From Candidatus Magasanikiibacteriota bacterium (GTDB taxonomy: Bacteria > Patescibacteriota > Patescibacteriia > Magasanikbacterales > UBA922), in assembly GCA_041674805.1 (NCBI GenBank), contig JBAYVA010000002.1, forward strand, positions 83,234 to 147,233: a stretch of 64,000 nucleotides of DNA, read 5' to 3'. Shown here piece by piece: positions 19,916 through 28,890 of the stretch. The notes under the pieces were generated by a model. That model was not told where the DNA came from. It did no database searches and saw nothing but the letters and a program-made list of their open reading frames with translations. Each line of letters starts with the position of its first letter. The stretch's first letter is position 1. Both the position numbers and the translations under genes were made by a program.

Positions 19916-21283
19916 TTAATGATTATGACCTGTATGATCTTCGTGATCTTCTTCTGCCATGGCATGTCCGTGAGAATGTTCTTCATGCTTATGTCTTTCA
20001 CCTTCTACTAATTTATCTGCCAAAAAGTTTACAACTTTTTTATTTAATAGCATGTTGTGAATAGAATCAAGTACTTCTGGTTTTTTCAAATTTTCTAGAT
20101 ACTCAGCAGTTTCTTTGTAGTATTCACGTAGATTTTTTACTTCAGCATCTAATTCATCTTTGGAAATAGTTAGACTGTGTGCTAGAGCTACTTCACGAGA
20201 AAGCAATGAAGCTTTGGCTCTATCAGTTGCTTTGTTTCTAAAATCTTCTTGTAATTCTTTTTCATTTTTTTTGATGTCTTGTAAATATTGTTCAATTGTT
20301 ACACCATGTTTTTCTAAATCATGTTGTAATTCATAAAACATTTTTTTGAGTTCAGCTTCTACTAACACTTCTGGAATTTCTTCAAATTTAGTTTCTTTGA
20401 TCAATGTTTCAAACATTTCTATTTCAGCTATTTCATCAGCTTTGTGTTCAGCTTCGTGAGTCAAATTTTCTTTGATTAGGTCTTTTAATTTGTCTAAACT
20501 TTCTTGTCCTAATACTTTGGCAAAAGCATCGTCTGCTTTTGGTATTTCTCTACCAAAAACTTCTTTTACTTTTACTTTGAATTTGCCAGTTTTACCAGCT
20601 AATTGTGCACTATAATAATTTTTTGGAAAAGGTAAATCAAATTCTTTTTCATCACCTTTTTCTAAACCAATCAAAGCATCATTGAAACCAGGGATATGTT
20701 GATGATCTTCTGATAAATAAACATTGTAATCAATAGCCTGTCCACCTTCTACTGGTACTCCATCCAAAAACAAATTCATATCTATAACGATCTTGTCTTC
20801 TTTTGTTGCTTTGCCTTTTTTGATTACTTCTTTTGCTTGCATTTTTAATAAATTATCAATAGTTTCATTTACTGATTGATCATTTACTTCTTTGACTGTT
20901 CTTTTTATTTTGATTGATTCTAATTTTGGTAATTCAACTTTTGGTAACAAAGCTACTTTGGCAGAATAAACTAAATCATTAGCAGGTGCCATTTTTTGAA
21001 TATTGATATCTGGCATGCCAATAGTATTTAATTTTTCAGCTGTTACAGTTTGATAAAAACTGTCTTGGATAATATCTTCCAAAGCTTCTTGCAAAAGTTT
21101 CATTTCACCTACTTCTTGTTTGACCATTTCAAAAGGAGCTTTGCCTTTGCGGAAACCTCTAATAGCTACACGATTTGAAATAGTAGTAGCTGCTTTTTCT
21201 AAATGTTTTTGATAATCTTTTGGACTAACTGTAATAGTAAGTTCAATTTGTGATTTTTCTAATTTTTCTATTTTGTGTTCCAT
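19916..21283 (-). CDS. tig: Trigger factor (ribosome-associated chaperone/PPIase) with His-rich C-terminal tail
   Basis: N-terminal ribosome-binding signature GFRKGKAP, a central FKBP-like domain, and a C-terminal tail ERHKHEEHSHGHAMAEEDHEDHTGHNH. Confidence 0.9.
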   Translation of the reverse strand: MEHKIEKLEKSQIELTITVSPKDYQKHLEKAATTISNRVAIRGFRKGKAPFEMVKQEVGEMKLLQEALEDIIQDSFYQTVTAEKLNTIGMPDINIQKMAPANDLVYSAKVALLPKVELPKLESIKIKRTVKEVNDQSVNETIDNLLKMQAKEVIKKGKATKEDKIVIDMNLFLDGVPVEGGQAIDYNVYLSEDHQHIPGFNDALIGLEKGDEKEFDLPFPKNYYSAQLAGKTGKFKVKVKEVFGREIPKADDAFAKVLGQESLDKLKDLIKENLTHEAEHKADEIAEIEMFETLIKETKFEEIPEVLVEAELKKMFYELQHDLEKHGVTIEQYLQDIKKNEKELQEDFRNKATDRAKASLLSREVALAHSLTISKDELDAEVKNLREYYKETAEYLENLKKPEVLDSIHNMLLNKKVVNFLADKLVEGERHKHEEHSHGHAMAEEDHEDHTGHNH

Positions 21284-21300
21284 ACTTTATTTTTTAAAAC

Positions 21301-21345
21301 GCGGAATTACGCGGACTTTTACGCGGATAGACGCGGAAAGTGACC
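21301..21345. repeat. Four phased direct repeats of the GC-rich heptamer ACGCGGA in the tig leader
   Basis: ACGCGGAatt ACGCGGActttt ACGCGGAtag ACGCGGAaag, with spacing 10/12/10 bp. The 20-mer TTACGCGGATAGACGCGGAA recurs exactly at 43445-43464. Confidence 0.8.
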
Positions 21346-21381
21346 AAAATAATGCGTTTATTTTTGATTAAAAAGTGGCTA

Positions 21382-21410
21382 TAATATAGCTTGTTTTGCT
21401 TGAAATGTCA
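21382..21410 (-). promoter_or_regulatory. Sigma70-type promoter for tig
   Basis: On the minus strand: TTGACA (21410-21405), 17-bp spacer, TATATT (21387-21382). Confidence 0.6.
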
Positions 21411-21416
21411 ACTGTT

Positions 21417-21459
21417 GGCAAGCAGAGTAAGCAAAGTAAGCAGAATAGGCATAATAAGT
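21417..21459. repeat. 43-bp promoter-proximal element with 9-bp-phased TAAGCA units (copy 1)
   Basis: GCAAGCAGAGTAAGCAAAGTAAGCAGAATAGGCATAATAAGT. A near-identical inverted copy (38/43) lies at 24971-25013. Confidence 0.8.
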
Positions 21460-21508
21460 TTTTGACGAGGATATTTTTTGGTGTTATTGTTTGTTGCGGA
21501 GGTGAGAA

Positions 21509-21646
21509 ATGAAAGAATTTCTTGAGACCCTCATCGGCATTCTCGCTTCCCTTTTTTGGGGAGCGGTGTTCGCCGTTTTCCTCTTTGATGAGGAAGCGGC
21601 GGCGACCTTCCTGCGAGGGGAGGTCAAATATGTCACGGGGGTTTGA
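21509..21646 (+). CDS. Small hydrophobic peptide (45 aa) inside the GC-rich island; SD-led
   Basis: GGAGGTGAgaaATG. Translation MKEFLETLIGILASLFWGAVFAVFLFDEEAAATFLRGEVKYVTGV has one TM helix plus a charged tail. Not in the ORF table because it is under 60 aa. Local GC is about 55%, versus about 30% for the genome. Confidence 0.4.
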   Translation: MKEFLETLIGILASLFWGAVFAVFLFDEEAAATFLRGEVKYVTGV

Positions 21647-21727
21647 AAAGGAGGGCGGTCCGGGCGTACGTGCGCGGACCAAACTCATAAATTAAGACCG
21701 TTTTTCTTTATTGAAAGACGGTTTTTT

Positions 21728-21976
21728 TTGACAGTTCATTTTTTTGTAGTAGTTTTTAAATATCTTCCACGGAAGGAGGTGGTTGTGGGTGGTGAGAGCC
21801 CCTTTCATACGCTGATCCAGTGTCCAAACTGTAGGCGTTATACGGACTCAAGAGAGTTCGAAACGCTGACAAAAGATGGGGGAGAGTACAAAAAGTGCCC
21901 ATATTGTGGGTGGTCACATCTTGTGTCTATGCCCTCGGCGTACTTTAAGTATAGGAGGGACGATGGAATTAATTAG
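21728..21976 (+). CDS. Small CxxC...CxxC zinc-ribbon protein inside the GC-rich island (likely true start GTG at 21782, 64 aa)
   Basis: GGAAGGAGGTggttGTG. ...SPFHTLIQCPNCRRYTDSREFETLTKDGGEYKKCPYCGWSHLV. The two Cys pairs form a zinc ribbon. Confidence 0.45.
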   Translation: MTVHFFVVVFKYLPRKEVVVGGESPFHTLIQCPNCRRYTDSREFETLTKDGGEYKKCPYCGWSHLVSMPSAYFKYRRDDGIN

Positions 21977-22063
21977 GTAAGGGGTGGGGAAGGTGGATGC
22001 GCGCGACTTCTACGAAAGTGGTTGTCGTGCGCGTTCGTTCAAATAAAAAATAAAATTTTAAAA

Positions 22064-22099
22064 TTAAAAAAACACTCTCAAATTGAGAGTGTTTTTTAT
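22064..22099. terminator. Bidirectional Rho-independent terminator (GC-island transcript / hppA)
   Basis: A-run, then hairpin ACACTCTC-AAATT-GAGAGTGT, then T6. Confidence 0.75.
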
Positions 22100-22119
22100 T
22101 TCAGTTTAAATCAATGCTT

Positions 22120-24108
22120 TTATTTTAACAAACCAATTATGAGCAAAGCCACAATGTTAGCCACTTTGATCATAGGATTGATTGCAGGGCCAGCTGTGTC
22201 CTTGTAAGGGTCACCTACAGTGTCACCAGTGACAGCAGCTTGATGTGCAAAACTTCCTTTACCACCGTGATTGCCTTCTTCAATATATTTTTTTGCATTG
22301 TCCCAAGCACCACCACCAGTAGTCATAGAAATTGCGACGAATAGACCGGTGATAATAGTACCAACAAGCAAACCACCAAGAGCAGCAGCACCCAAGAAAT
22401 AACCAACTAAGATTGGAGCTACAACAGGGATAACTGCTGGTAAAATCATTTGACCAATAGCACCTTTAGTTACTATATCTACTGTTTTGGCATAGTCAGG
22501 TTTGGCTTGACCTTCCATAATACCTTTGATTTCACGGAATTGTCTGCGAACTTCTTCTACTACACTACCAGCTACTTTACCTACTGATTGCATTAGTAAT
22601 GAACCAAATAAGTAAGGAAGCAAACCACCAATAAATAAACCTGTCAAAACTTTTGGATCATCAATTCTAAATACTGTACTGATACCTTCTGCATCAAGTT
22701 TGTGTGTGAAATCTGCAAATAATACTAGAGCAGCTAGAGCAGCTGAAGCGATAGCATAACCTTTGGTAACAGCTTTTGTGGTGTTGCCAACAGCATCTAG
22801 CGGATCTGTAACATTTCTAACATCTTCTCCAAGTTCTGCCATTTCGGCGATACCACCAGCATTGTCAGTGATAGGTCCATAAGCGTCGATTGCTACGACA
22901 ATACCAGTAAGAGAAAGCATAGACATAGCAGCGATAGCTACTCCGTAAAGTCCCATGAAGTGATAAGCTACAAGCATACCGGCGACAATAGCCAATACTG
23001 GCAAAGCAGTTGATTTCATGGATACTGCTAGACCTGTGATGACATTGGTACCATGACCTGTTTCACTAGATTTTGCAATTTGTTTTACAGGAGCATATTT
23101 GGTTGAAGTATAATATTCAGTAATCCAAACCATAGCACCAGTAAGTACGATACCAACTACAGTTGTCCAGAAAACATCAGCAGTAGTCGCATTTAAATCA
23201 GCAGCGTAGTGTCTACTCAAGAAAAAGAAACCAATTATTGAGAAAAGGCCAGACATTATTAGACCTTTGTACAAAGCTCCCATGATGTTGTTCTTTTTGC
23301 CAAGTCTGATGAAGAAACTTCCAAAGATTGAAGCAATAATAGAAATAGCTCCAAGCATAAGAGGAAACATAATACCTGCAGTAGTACCAACAAAAGTAAG
23401 TCCACCAAGTACCATCGCAGCGACAGCTGTTACTGCATAAGTTTCAAACAAGTCAGCAGCCATACCAGCACAGTCACCGACGTTGTCACCGACGTTGTCA
23501 GCAATTACAGCTGGATTACGAGGATCATCTTCTGGAATACCTTTTTCTACTTTTCCAACTAAATCAGCTCCGACGTCAGCAGCTTTGGTAAAAATACCAC
23601 CACCGATACGAGCGAATATTGAGATAAGACTACCACCGAAAGCTAATCCAATAAGAGCATCTAGGTCTTTGGTCAATAAATAAAAACCAGCAACTCCCAA
23701 AAGTCCAAGACCAACTACGAGTAAACCAGTAACAGTACCACCTTTGACAGCTACATCTAAAGCAGCTTTTAAACCTTTTTTGGCAGCTTCAGTAGTACGA
23801 ACATTGGCTTTGACAGATACATTCATACCTACAAAACCAGCAATTCCAGAGAAAAGAGCTCCAACTAGGAAACCTAGTCCAGTCATCCAGCCTAAAGTTA
23901 GTCCAAGAACCAAGAAAACAAGGATAGCTACATAAGAAATAGTCTTATATTGGCGAGCCAAATAAGCTTTGGCACCTTCTTGGATAGCGCGAGCAATATT
24001 TTGCATGCGTTCTGATCCTGTAGGCTGTTTGTTTATCCATTGAATTAAAAAGATACCGTAACCAATCGCCAAAACGGCTGGTCCGATAAGCAGTAGTGTT
24101 GTTAGCAT
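22120..24108 (-). CDS. hppA: Membrane-bound proton/sodium-translocating pyrophosphatase
   Basis: 662 aa, about 16 TM. Signature [22 protein letters not shown] and the conserved motif EYYTS are present. Confidence 0.9.
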   Translation of the reverse strand: MLTTLLLIGPAVLAIGYGIFLIQWINKQPTGSERMQNIARAIQEGAKAYLARQYKTISYVAILVFLVLGLTLGWMTGLGFLVGALFSGIAGFVGMNVSVKANVRTTEAAKKGLKAALDVAVKGGTVTGLLVVGLGLLGVAGFYLLTKDLDALIGLAFGGSLISIFARIGGGIFTKAADVGADLVGKVEKGIPEDDPRNPAVIADNVGDNVGDCAGMAADLFETYAVTAVAAMVLGGLTFVGTTAGIMFPLMLGAISIIASIFGSFFIRLGKKNNIMGALYKGLIMSGLFSIIGFFFLSRHYAADLNATTADVFWTTVVGIVLTGAMVWITEYYTSTKYAPVKQIAKSSETGHGTNVITGLAVSMKSTALPVLAIVAGMLVAYHFMGLYGVAIAAMSMLSLTGIVVAIDAYGPITDNAGGIAEMAELGEDVRNVTDPLDAVGNTTKAVTKGYAIASAALAALVLFADFTHKLDAEGISTVFRIDDPKVLTGLFIGGLLPYLFGSLLMQSVGKVAGSVVEEVRRQFREIKGIMEGQAKPDYAKTVDIVTKGAIGQMILPAVIPVVAPILVGYFLGAAALGGLLVGTIITGLFVAISMTTGGGAWDNAKKYIEEGNHGGKGSFAHQAAVTGDTVGDPYKDTAGPAINPMIKVANIVALLIIGLLK

Positions 24109-24238
24109 ACTCTACTTTATAAATTAAAAATAAATGAATTAATAGGTAGATTATAGGGAAAAAGGGTTGAAAAGTCAAGGGAACTTAGTCAAAAGTCTAT
24201 AAAGTTCGTAAAGTTGAAAGTCGTTTAAAAAACAAAAA

Positions 24239-24262
24239 ATAGTCTTTTTAGGACTATTTTTT
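24239..24262. terminator. Rho-independent terminator (for the minus-strand gene 24254..24898; bidirectional)
   Basis: ATAGTC-TTTTTAG-GACTAT hairpin flanked by A6 and T6. Confidence 0.55.
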
Positions 24263-24898
24263 AATTTGGATAAGTTTGGCTAGTTGTTTTTGGCTTATTT
24301 TCAATAGATCTTCTAGTTTCGTTTCTTTATTTTTCTGTAAATAATTTTTTACCAGGAAATAGCCTATTACTCTACCTATATATGCAGGTTTGCTTTTGGG
24401 ATTATGAAACCATTTGGCAGGGTTGTAATCTTTTAGCTTAAAAAATCTTTTATTTTTGTTTATCAGGTCTTCAACTTCATTTTTGTTTAATTCAAAATTT
24501 TCGGTTAGGGCGAATTTGGTAATTGTTTTTTCAAAGTTTAGGGCCACGCCGTGCAGTAATATTTCTTCTAATAGTGTCTTAGGAAAGCCAAATTTCTGGT
24601 AAATACTGAGTAAATAAAGATCATTAGAAACAGGGCGTCTGACGTATTGTTTGAGATATTTTTTGAATTTTTTGTGTTTGGTGTCAAAAGTAACAGCTAG
24701 TACATTGTCGTTTATTATTCTGGTTTCCACAGCGCTACCAACACGAGTTCCGTCCTCCATAACTAAAATATCAACATTCTTAGTGTCAAGATATTTGGAA
24801 ATTTGTTTCAATACCAAATCAAACTCTTTTTTTAGTCGGGTGTTATAGGGTTTTAGCAGAGGGTTAGCTTGGAGAATGTGGAGGTGGATGTTTTTCAT
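24254..24898 (-). CDS. Hypothetical protein (214 aa)
   Basis: Long ORF with ordinary composition. No motif that I can assign with confidence. Confidence 0.5.
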   Translation of the reverse strand: MKNIHLHILQANPLLKPYNTRLKKEFDLVLKQISKYLDTKNVDILVMEDGTRVGSAVETRIINDNVLAVTFDTKHKKFKKYLKQYVRRPVSNDLYLLSIYQKFGFPKTLLEEILLHGVALNFEKTITKFALTENFELNKNEVEDLINKNKRFFKLKDYNPAKWFHNPKSKPAYIGRVIGYFLVKNYLQKNKETKLEDLLKISQKQLAKLIQIKK

Positions 24899-24970
24899 AA
24901 ATATATAGATAAAGTAATTAAAGTATATCTCTTTGTCTTTGTCTAGTCAAAAGCTAATAATTTTAAGGTA

Positions 24971-25013
24971 ACTTATTCTGCCTATTTTGCTTACTTTGCT
25001 TATTTTGCTTGCT
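24971..25013. repeat. 43-bp promoter-proximal element (copy 2, inverted relative to copy 1)
   Basis: Reverse complement is GCAAGCAAAATAAGCAAAGTAAGCAAAATAGGCAGAATAAGT. It overlaps the polA -35. Confidence 0.8.
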
Positions 25014-25023
25014 ATGTTACAAT
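24996..25023 (+). promoter_or_regulatory. Sigma70-type promoter for polA
   Basis: TTGCTT (24996-25001), 16-bp spacer, TACAAT (25018-25023). ATG at 25043. Confidence 0.5.
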
Positions 25024-25042
25024 ATACTGGATAATAAAAATT

Positions 25043-27766
25043 ATGACAGAAACAAAAGAACAAAATTTTAAAAAACTAGTAATAATTGACGGTAACGCCA
25101 TTGTTCACCGTGCTTATCACGCCCTACCACCCATGCGAGTAAAAGATGGTAGTATGGTAAATGTAGTTTATGGTTTTGCGTCTATGTTGCTCAAGATTAT
25201 CAATGATGTGAAGCCAGAATATTTGGCTGTGAGTTTTGATGTGGCAGGTGGTACTTTTCGTGATGAAATTTTTGCTGATTATAAAGCCACACGTGTCAAA
25301 GCGGATCAAGATTTATATGATCAATTTCCTCTTGTTTATGATTTAGTTAATGCTTTCAATATTCCTATTTTTACCAAAGAAGGATTTGAAGCTGATGATG
25401 TTATTGGTACTTTGGCGTTCGATGTTGCAGGGATACGAAATACAAAAAATACAAAATTACGAAATGTAAAATCGTTAATTGTGACAGGAGATAAAGATTT
25501 ATTACAGTTAGTAGATGATAAACATAATATCGAAGTGATGTTGCTTAAAAAAGGCATGTCAGAGTTTGAAAGTTGTAATGAGCAAGGTGTAATAGATAAA
25601 TTTGGTTTTGGTCCAGACATGATAATTTCTTACAAATCTTTGTGTGGCGATGCTTCTGATAATATCCCGGGTGTCAAAGGTATTGGAGATAAAACAGCTA
25701 CAGGTTTGATAATTCAAATAGGTAGTATTGATAAAATTTATGAAGAATTAGAAAATAAGTCTTCTGATATTTATGAAGAATTTAGTTCTTCAGTAATAAA
25801 TAAATTAATTGAACAAAAAGAAAGTGCTTTGATGAGTAAAGACTTGGCTACTATTCGTACTGATGTAGAAGGAATTGATTTTGATTTGGAAAAAGCCAAG
25901 ACACAAGATTTTGATAGAGAAAAAATAGTATCTCTTTTTCAAAAATTTGAATTTTATTCTTTGATAAAAAGATTGCCAGGTTCAGAAAATGTTTTAATAC
26001 AAAAAAACAAAAAAACAAAAAATAAATTACAATTATCAAAAAAAATAATTAGAGTAGATGAAAAAAATGTTGAAGAATTAATAAAAAATATTTTGCAAGA
26101 GAAATATTTTGTAGCCAAAGAAATTATGTTAGATGATAATATTTTTGCTTCTAATAATTTTTCTCTTTTGATTTCTACTTTGAAAGAAAACTATTTTTTT
26201 GAAAATATAAATTCAAAAGTATTCAAAATTTTTGAAAATGAAAAAATATTTTTTGTAGGGCATGATTTGAAAAATCTTATCAAACTTATTCAATTACAAA
26301 AAATTGAAATAAAAAATAAGATTTTTGATACGATGATAGCTTCTTATATTTTGAATTCTAGTACGAGAGCTCATGATATCAAGTCAGTTTGTTTGCGTGA
26401 GCTTGGCAAAGAGATTTTGATTTTGGATGCACAAAAAAGTTTGTTTGGTATAGACCCTAAAAACACTTTGGAAGAAATACAAGCTACTTTGGAAGTATAT
26501 ACTATTTATCGAGAAAAATTGAAAATAGAAAAAAATGAAGATTTGTATTTTGATATAGAAATGCCATTATTGAAAGTACTGGCTGAAATGGAGTTAAATG
26601 GTATTGCGATAGATGTAGATATGTTGAATGATTTGTCACAACAAGTAAATAAGACTTTGGGAAAACTGGAAAAACAAATTTGGGAAGAAGCTGGTGAAGA
26701 ATTTAATGTAGCTTCATCTGTACAGTTGCGTGATATTTTGTTTGATAAAATGGATTTACCTACTCAAGGTATCAAAAAAGGTAAAACTGGTTATTCTACT
26801 GCTGCAGCTGAATTGGAAAAATTGCGAGATTTCCATCCGATTATTTCTTATATAGAGGAATTTCGTGAATTGGAAAAATTGCGTAATACGTATATAGATG
26901 TTTTACCAAATTTACGTAATCAATTGACTAATAGAATTCATACTACTTATAATCAAACAGTAGCTTCCACAGGACGTCTTTCTAGTTCTGATCCAAATCT
27001 GCAAAATATTCCGATTCGTACTGAACTTGGTAAAAAAGTTCGCGAAGTTTTTATAGCTGAAAAAGGTAATGCTTTGATTGCCGCAGATTATTCACAAATC
27101 GAATTGCGTGTGGTGGCTTCACTGGCAAAAGATGAAAGAATGATTGAAATTTTCAAAAATAAACAAGATATTCATACTGCTACAGCGGCTGCTATCAATG
27201 GTGTTGATCTAAAAGATGTAACTAAAGAAATGCGTCGGGCTGCCAAAGAAGTTAATTTTGGAGTTTTGTATGGTATGGGTGCTTTTGGTTTAGCTTCTCG
27301 TACTGGTATTAGTCGTTATGATGCTCAAGAATTTATAGATAAATATTTTGCAAATTTTTCTGGTGTAAAAAAGTATATGGAAAATATTTTGAAACAAGCA
27401 GAAGAAGATGGTTTTGTAGAAACATTGTTTGGGCGTCGTCGTTATATTCCAGAATTACACTCTAATAATTTTCAATTACGTTCTTCAGGTGAAAGAATGG
27501 CAGTAAATATGCCAGTTCAAGGTACTGCAGCAGATATTATGAAACTTGCTATGATTGCAGTTAGTAATAAAATAAATATCAAAAAATATGAAAACAAAGT
27601 AAGATTGTGTTTGCAAGTACACGATGAATTGGTATTAGAAGTTAGTGAAGATTTGAAAGATGAAATTGCTGAATTAGTAAAACACGAAATGGAAAATGTA
27701 ATGAAATTAGAAGTACCTCTTGATGTAGAAGTAAATGTTGGTTATAGTTGGGGACGTCTTAAGTAA
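25043..27766 (+). CDS. polA: DNA polymerase I (5'-3' exonuclease + polymerase; 3'-5' exonuclease region degenerate)
   Basis: N-terminal FEN/5'-nuclease region: KKLVIIDGNAIVHRAYHAL. Polymerase motif A DYSQIELRVVASL, motif B RRAAKEVNFGVLYGMGAFGL, motif C LQVHDELVLEV. Confidence 0.95.
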   Translation: MTETKEQNFKKLVIIDGNAIVHRAYHALPPMRVKDGSMVNVVYGFASMLLKIINDVKPEYLAVSFDVAGGTFRDEIFADYKATRVKADQDLYDQFPLVYDLVNAFNIPIFTKEGFEADDVIGTLAFDVAGIRNTKNTKLRNVKSLIVTGDKDLLQLVDDKHNIEVMLLKKGMSEFESCNEQGVIDKFGFGPDMIISYKSLCGDASDNIPGVKGIGDKTATGLIIQIGSIDKIYEELENKSSDIYEEFSSSVINKLIEQKESALMSKDLATIRTDVEGIDFDLEKAKTQDFDREKIVSLFQKFEFYSLIKRLPGSENVLIQKNKKTKNKLQLSKKIIRVDEKNVEELIKNILQEKYFVAKEIMLDDNIFASNNFSLLISTLKENYFFENINSKVFKIFENEKIFFVGHDLKNLIKLIQLQKIEIKNKIFDTMIASYILNSSTRAHDIKSVCLRELGKEILILDAQKSLFGIDPKNTLEEIQATLEVYTIYREKLKIEKNEDLYFDIEMPLLKVLAEMELNGIAIDVDMLNDLSQQVNKTLGKLEKQIWEEAGEEFNVASSVQLRDILFDKMDLPTQGIKKGKTGYSTAAAELEKLRDFHPIISYIEEFRELEKLRNTYIDVLPNLRNQLTNRIHTTYNQTVASTGRLSSSDPNLQNIPIRTELGKKVREVFIAEKGNALIAADYSQIELRVVASLAKDERMIEIFKNKQDIHTATAAAINGVDLKDVTKEMRRAAKEVNFGVLYGMGAFGLASRTGISRYDAQEFIDKYFANFSGVKKYMENILKQAEEDGFVETLFGRRRYIPELHSNNFQLRSSGERMAVNMPVQGTAADIMKLAMIAVSNKINIKKYENKVRLCLQVHDELVLEVSEDLKDEIAELVKHEMENVMKLEVPLDVEVNVGYSWGRLK

Positions 27767-27861
27767 GCACCTAATCACTTTATCACTTAAATACTTTTTT
27801 ATTTTTAAAATAACCAACCTACGGTCACATCCGGAACATCCGGATTATCTGTATATCAGGA

Positions 27862-28830
27862 TTGTTTATGATTATATTTCTATACGGCAAAGACACTTAC
27901 CGTAGTAAACAACAACTCAAAAAAATGGTTGAGAAGTTCAAAGTTGAACGTGACCCACAGGGCTACAATGTGGTTGATTTGGATTGTGAAAAAGAAGATA
28001 AAAATAATATTTTACAACAAATGCTCACCTCCCCTTTTTTGGCAGAAAAGAAAATGGTGATTTTGAAAAACTTATTGACAACGACAGAACACAAAGATTT
28101 TTTGAAAGAAATAAAAAAAAGAATAGAGGAAAATAATTTTCCAGAAAATAATATTATTGTTTTTTGGGAGAATACTGATATTTTCAAAAATAAAAATTCC
28201 AAAGAATTATCTGAAGTTTTGAAGACAGAAAAATTTGCACAATTTTTTGGAGAATTAAAAGGTTTGGATTTATCAAATTGGATTAAACAAGAAGTTTCTT
28301 TACGTGGTGGAAAAATTGAGGTACCTTCTTTGAATTATTTGTTACAAAACTTTTCTTTGGATATGTGGTCTTTATCAAATTTATTGGATCAATTGTTATC
28401 ATATAATACAGCAATTGATTTAGTGACTACTCAAAAATTTGTAGAAGAAAAAATTGATGATAATATTTTTAATCTCGTAGATGCTATTGTCGCTGGCCAA
28501 AAAAATAAAGCTTTCAAAATGATTCGCAAACAATATGAAAAAGGAGAAGATGCACAGTTTATTTTTGCCATGTTGTTGCGTCAGTTTAGAATTTTGCTTG
28601 AGATGCGTGAAATATATGAGAAACAAGATAGTATTCATAGTAATGATTTAGCAAAGATGCTCGGACTTCATCCTTTTGTAGTTACCAAATCACTCGTTTT
28701 TGTAAAAAGATATACTTTGTCTCATTTGAAAAATATTTATTTAAAATTATTGGAAATGGATACCAAAACAAAAACTGGTCAGGGAGACCAGTCTTTATTG
28801 ATTGATGTTTTGGTGGGAACAACAATGTAA
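27862..28830 (+). CDS. holA: DNA polymerase III delta subunit-like (clamp-loader HolA family)
   Basis: 322 aa. The N-terminus IFLYGKDTYRSKQQLKKMVEKF resembles the HolA start (LYGEE...). The rest has an all-alpha C-terminal domain. The gene sits next to polA. Confidence 0.55.
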   Translation: MFMIIFLYGKDTYRSKQQLKKMVEKFKVERDPQGYNVVDLDCEKEDKNNILQQMLTSPFLAEKKMVILKNLLTTTEHKDFLKEIKKRIEENNFPENNIIVFWENTDIFKNKNSKELSEVLKTEKFAQFFGELKGLDLSNWIKQEVSLRGGKIEVPSLNYLLQNFSLDMWSLSNLLDQLLSYNTAIDLVTTQKFVEEKIDDNIFNLVDAIVAGQKNKAFKMIRKQYEKGEDAQFIFAMLLRQFRILLEMREIYEKQDSIHSNDLAKMLGLHPFVVTKSLVFVKRYTLSHLKNIYLKLLEMDTKTKTGQGDQSLLIDVLVGTTM

Positions 28831-28859
28831 TCTTGATTAGAACTACATAAACTAACAAA

Positions 28860-28890
28860 ATAAGGAAAAGGTAATTCCTTATTTTTTTTC
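28860..28890. terminator. Bidirectional Rho-independent terminator (holA-like / GGDEF-like gene)
   Basis: ATAAGGAA-AAGGTAA-TTCCTTAT perfect 8-bp stem followed by T8. Confidence 0.7.

Noticed and set aside
21368-21688. 106-aa minus-strand ORF spanning the GC-rich island
   Set aside because: Low-complexity translation (PGPPSF..., LLCLFCLLCLLCL). It overlaps the better-supported SD-led plus-strand small ORF and has no start-site signal. It is most likely an artefact of the high local GC.
21480-22060. GC-rich island as RNase P RNA, tmRNA or SRP RNA
   Set aside because: I looked for the RNase P hallmarks GGAAAGTCC...ACAGAA...GCTTA and for a tmRNA tRNA-like 3' end (GGTTCGANTCC...CCA) with its tag reading frame. 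I also looked for the SRP domain-IV motif AGGTC..GGAAGGAAGCAGC. None is present on either strand. Only short chance resemblances occur (GTCCGGGC, GGTAAGGGGTGGGGAAGGTGG).
23945-24178. 77-aa ORF overlapping the hppA start region
   Set aside because: It overlaps the 5' end of hppA on the same strand in another frame and has no conservation signal. The hppA N-terminus ([16 protein letters not shown]...) is the expected one.
21417-25013. The 3.6-kb segment between the 43-bp inverted repeats as an active mobile element
   Set aside because: It carries no transposase or integrase gene, and it does carry a housekeeping H+-PPase. Both repeats sit in canonical promoter positions. I therefore kept them as promoter elements. 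An ancient insertion cannot be excluded.
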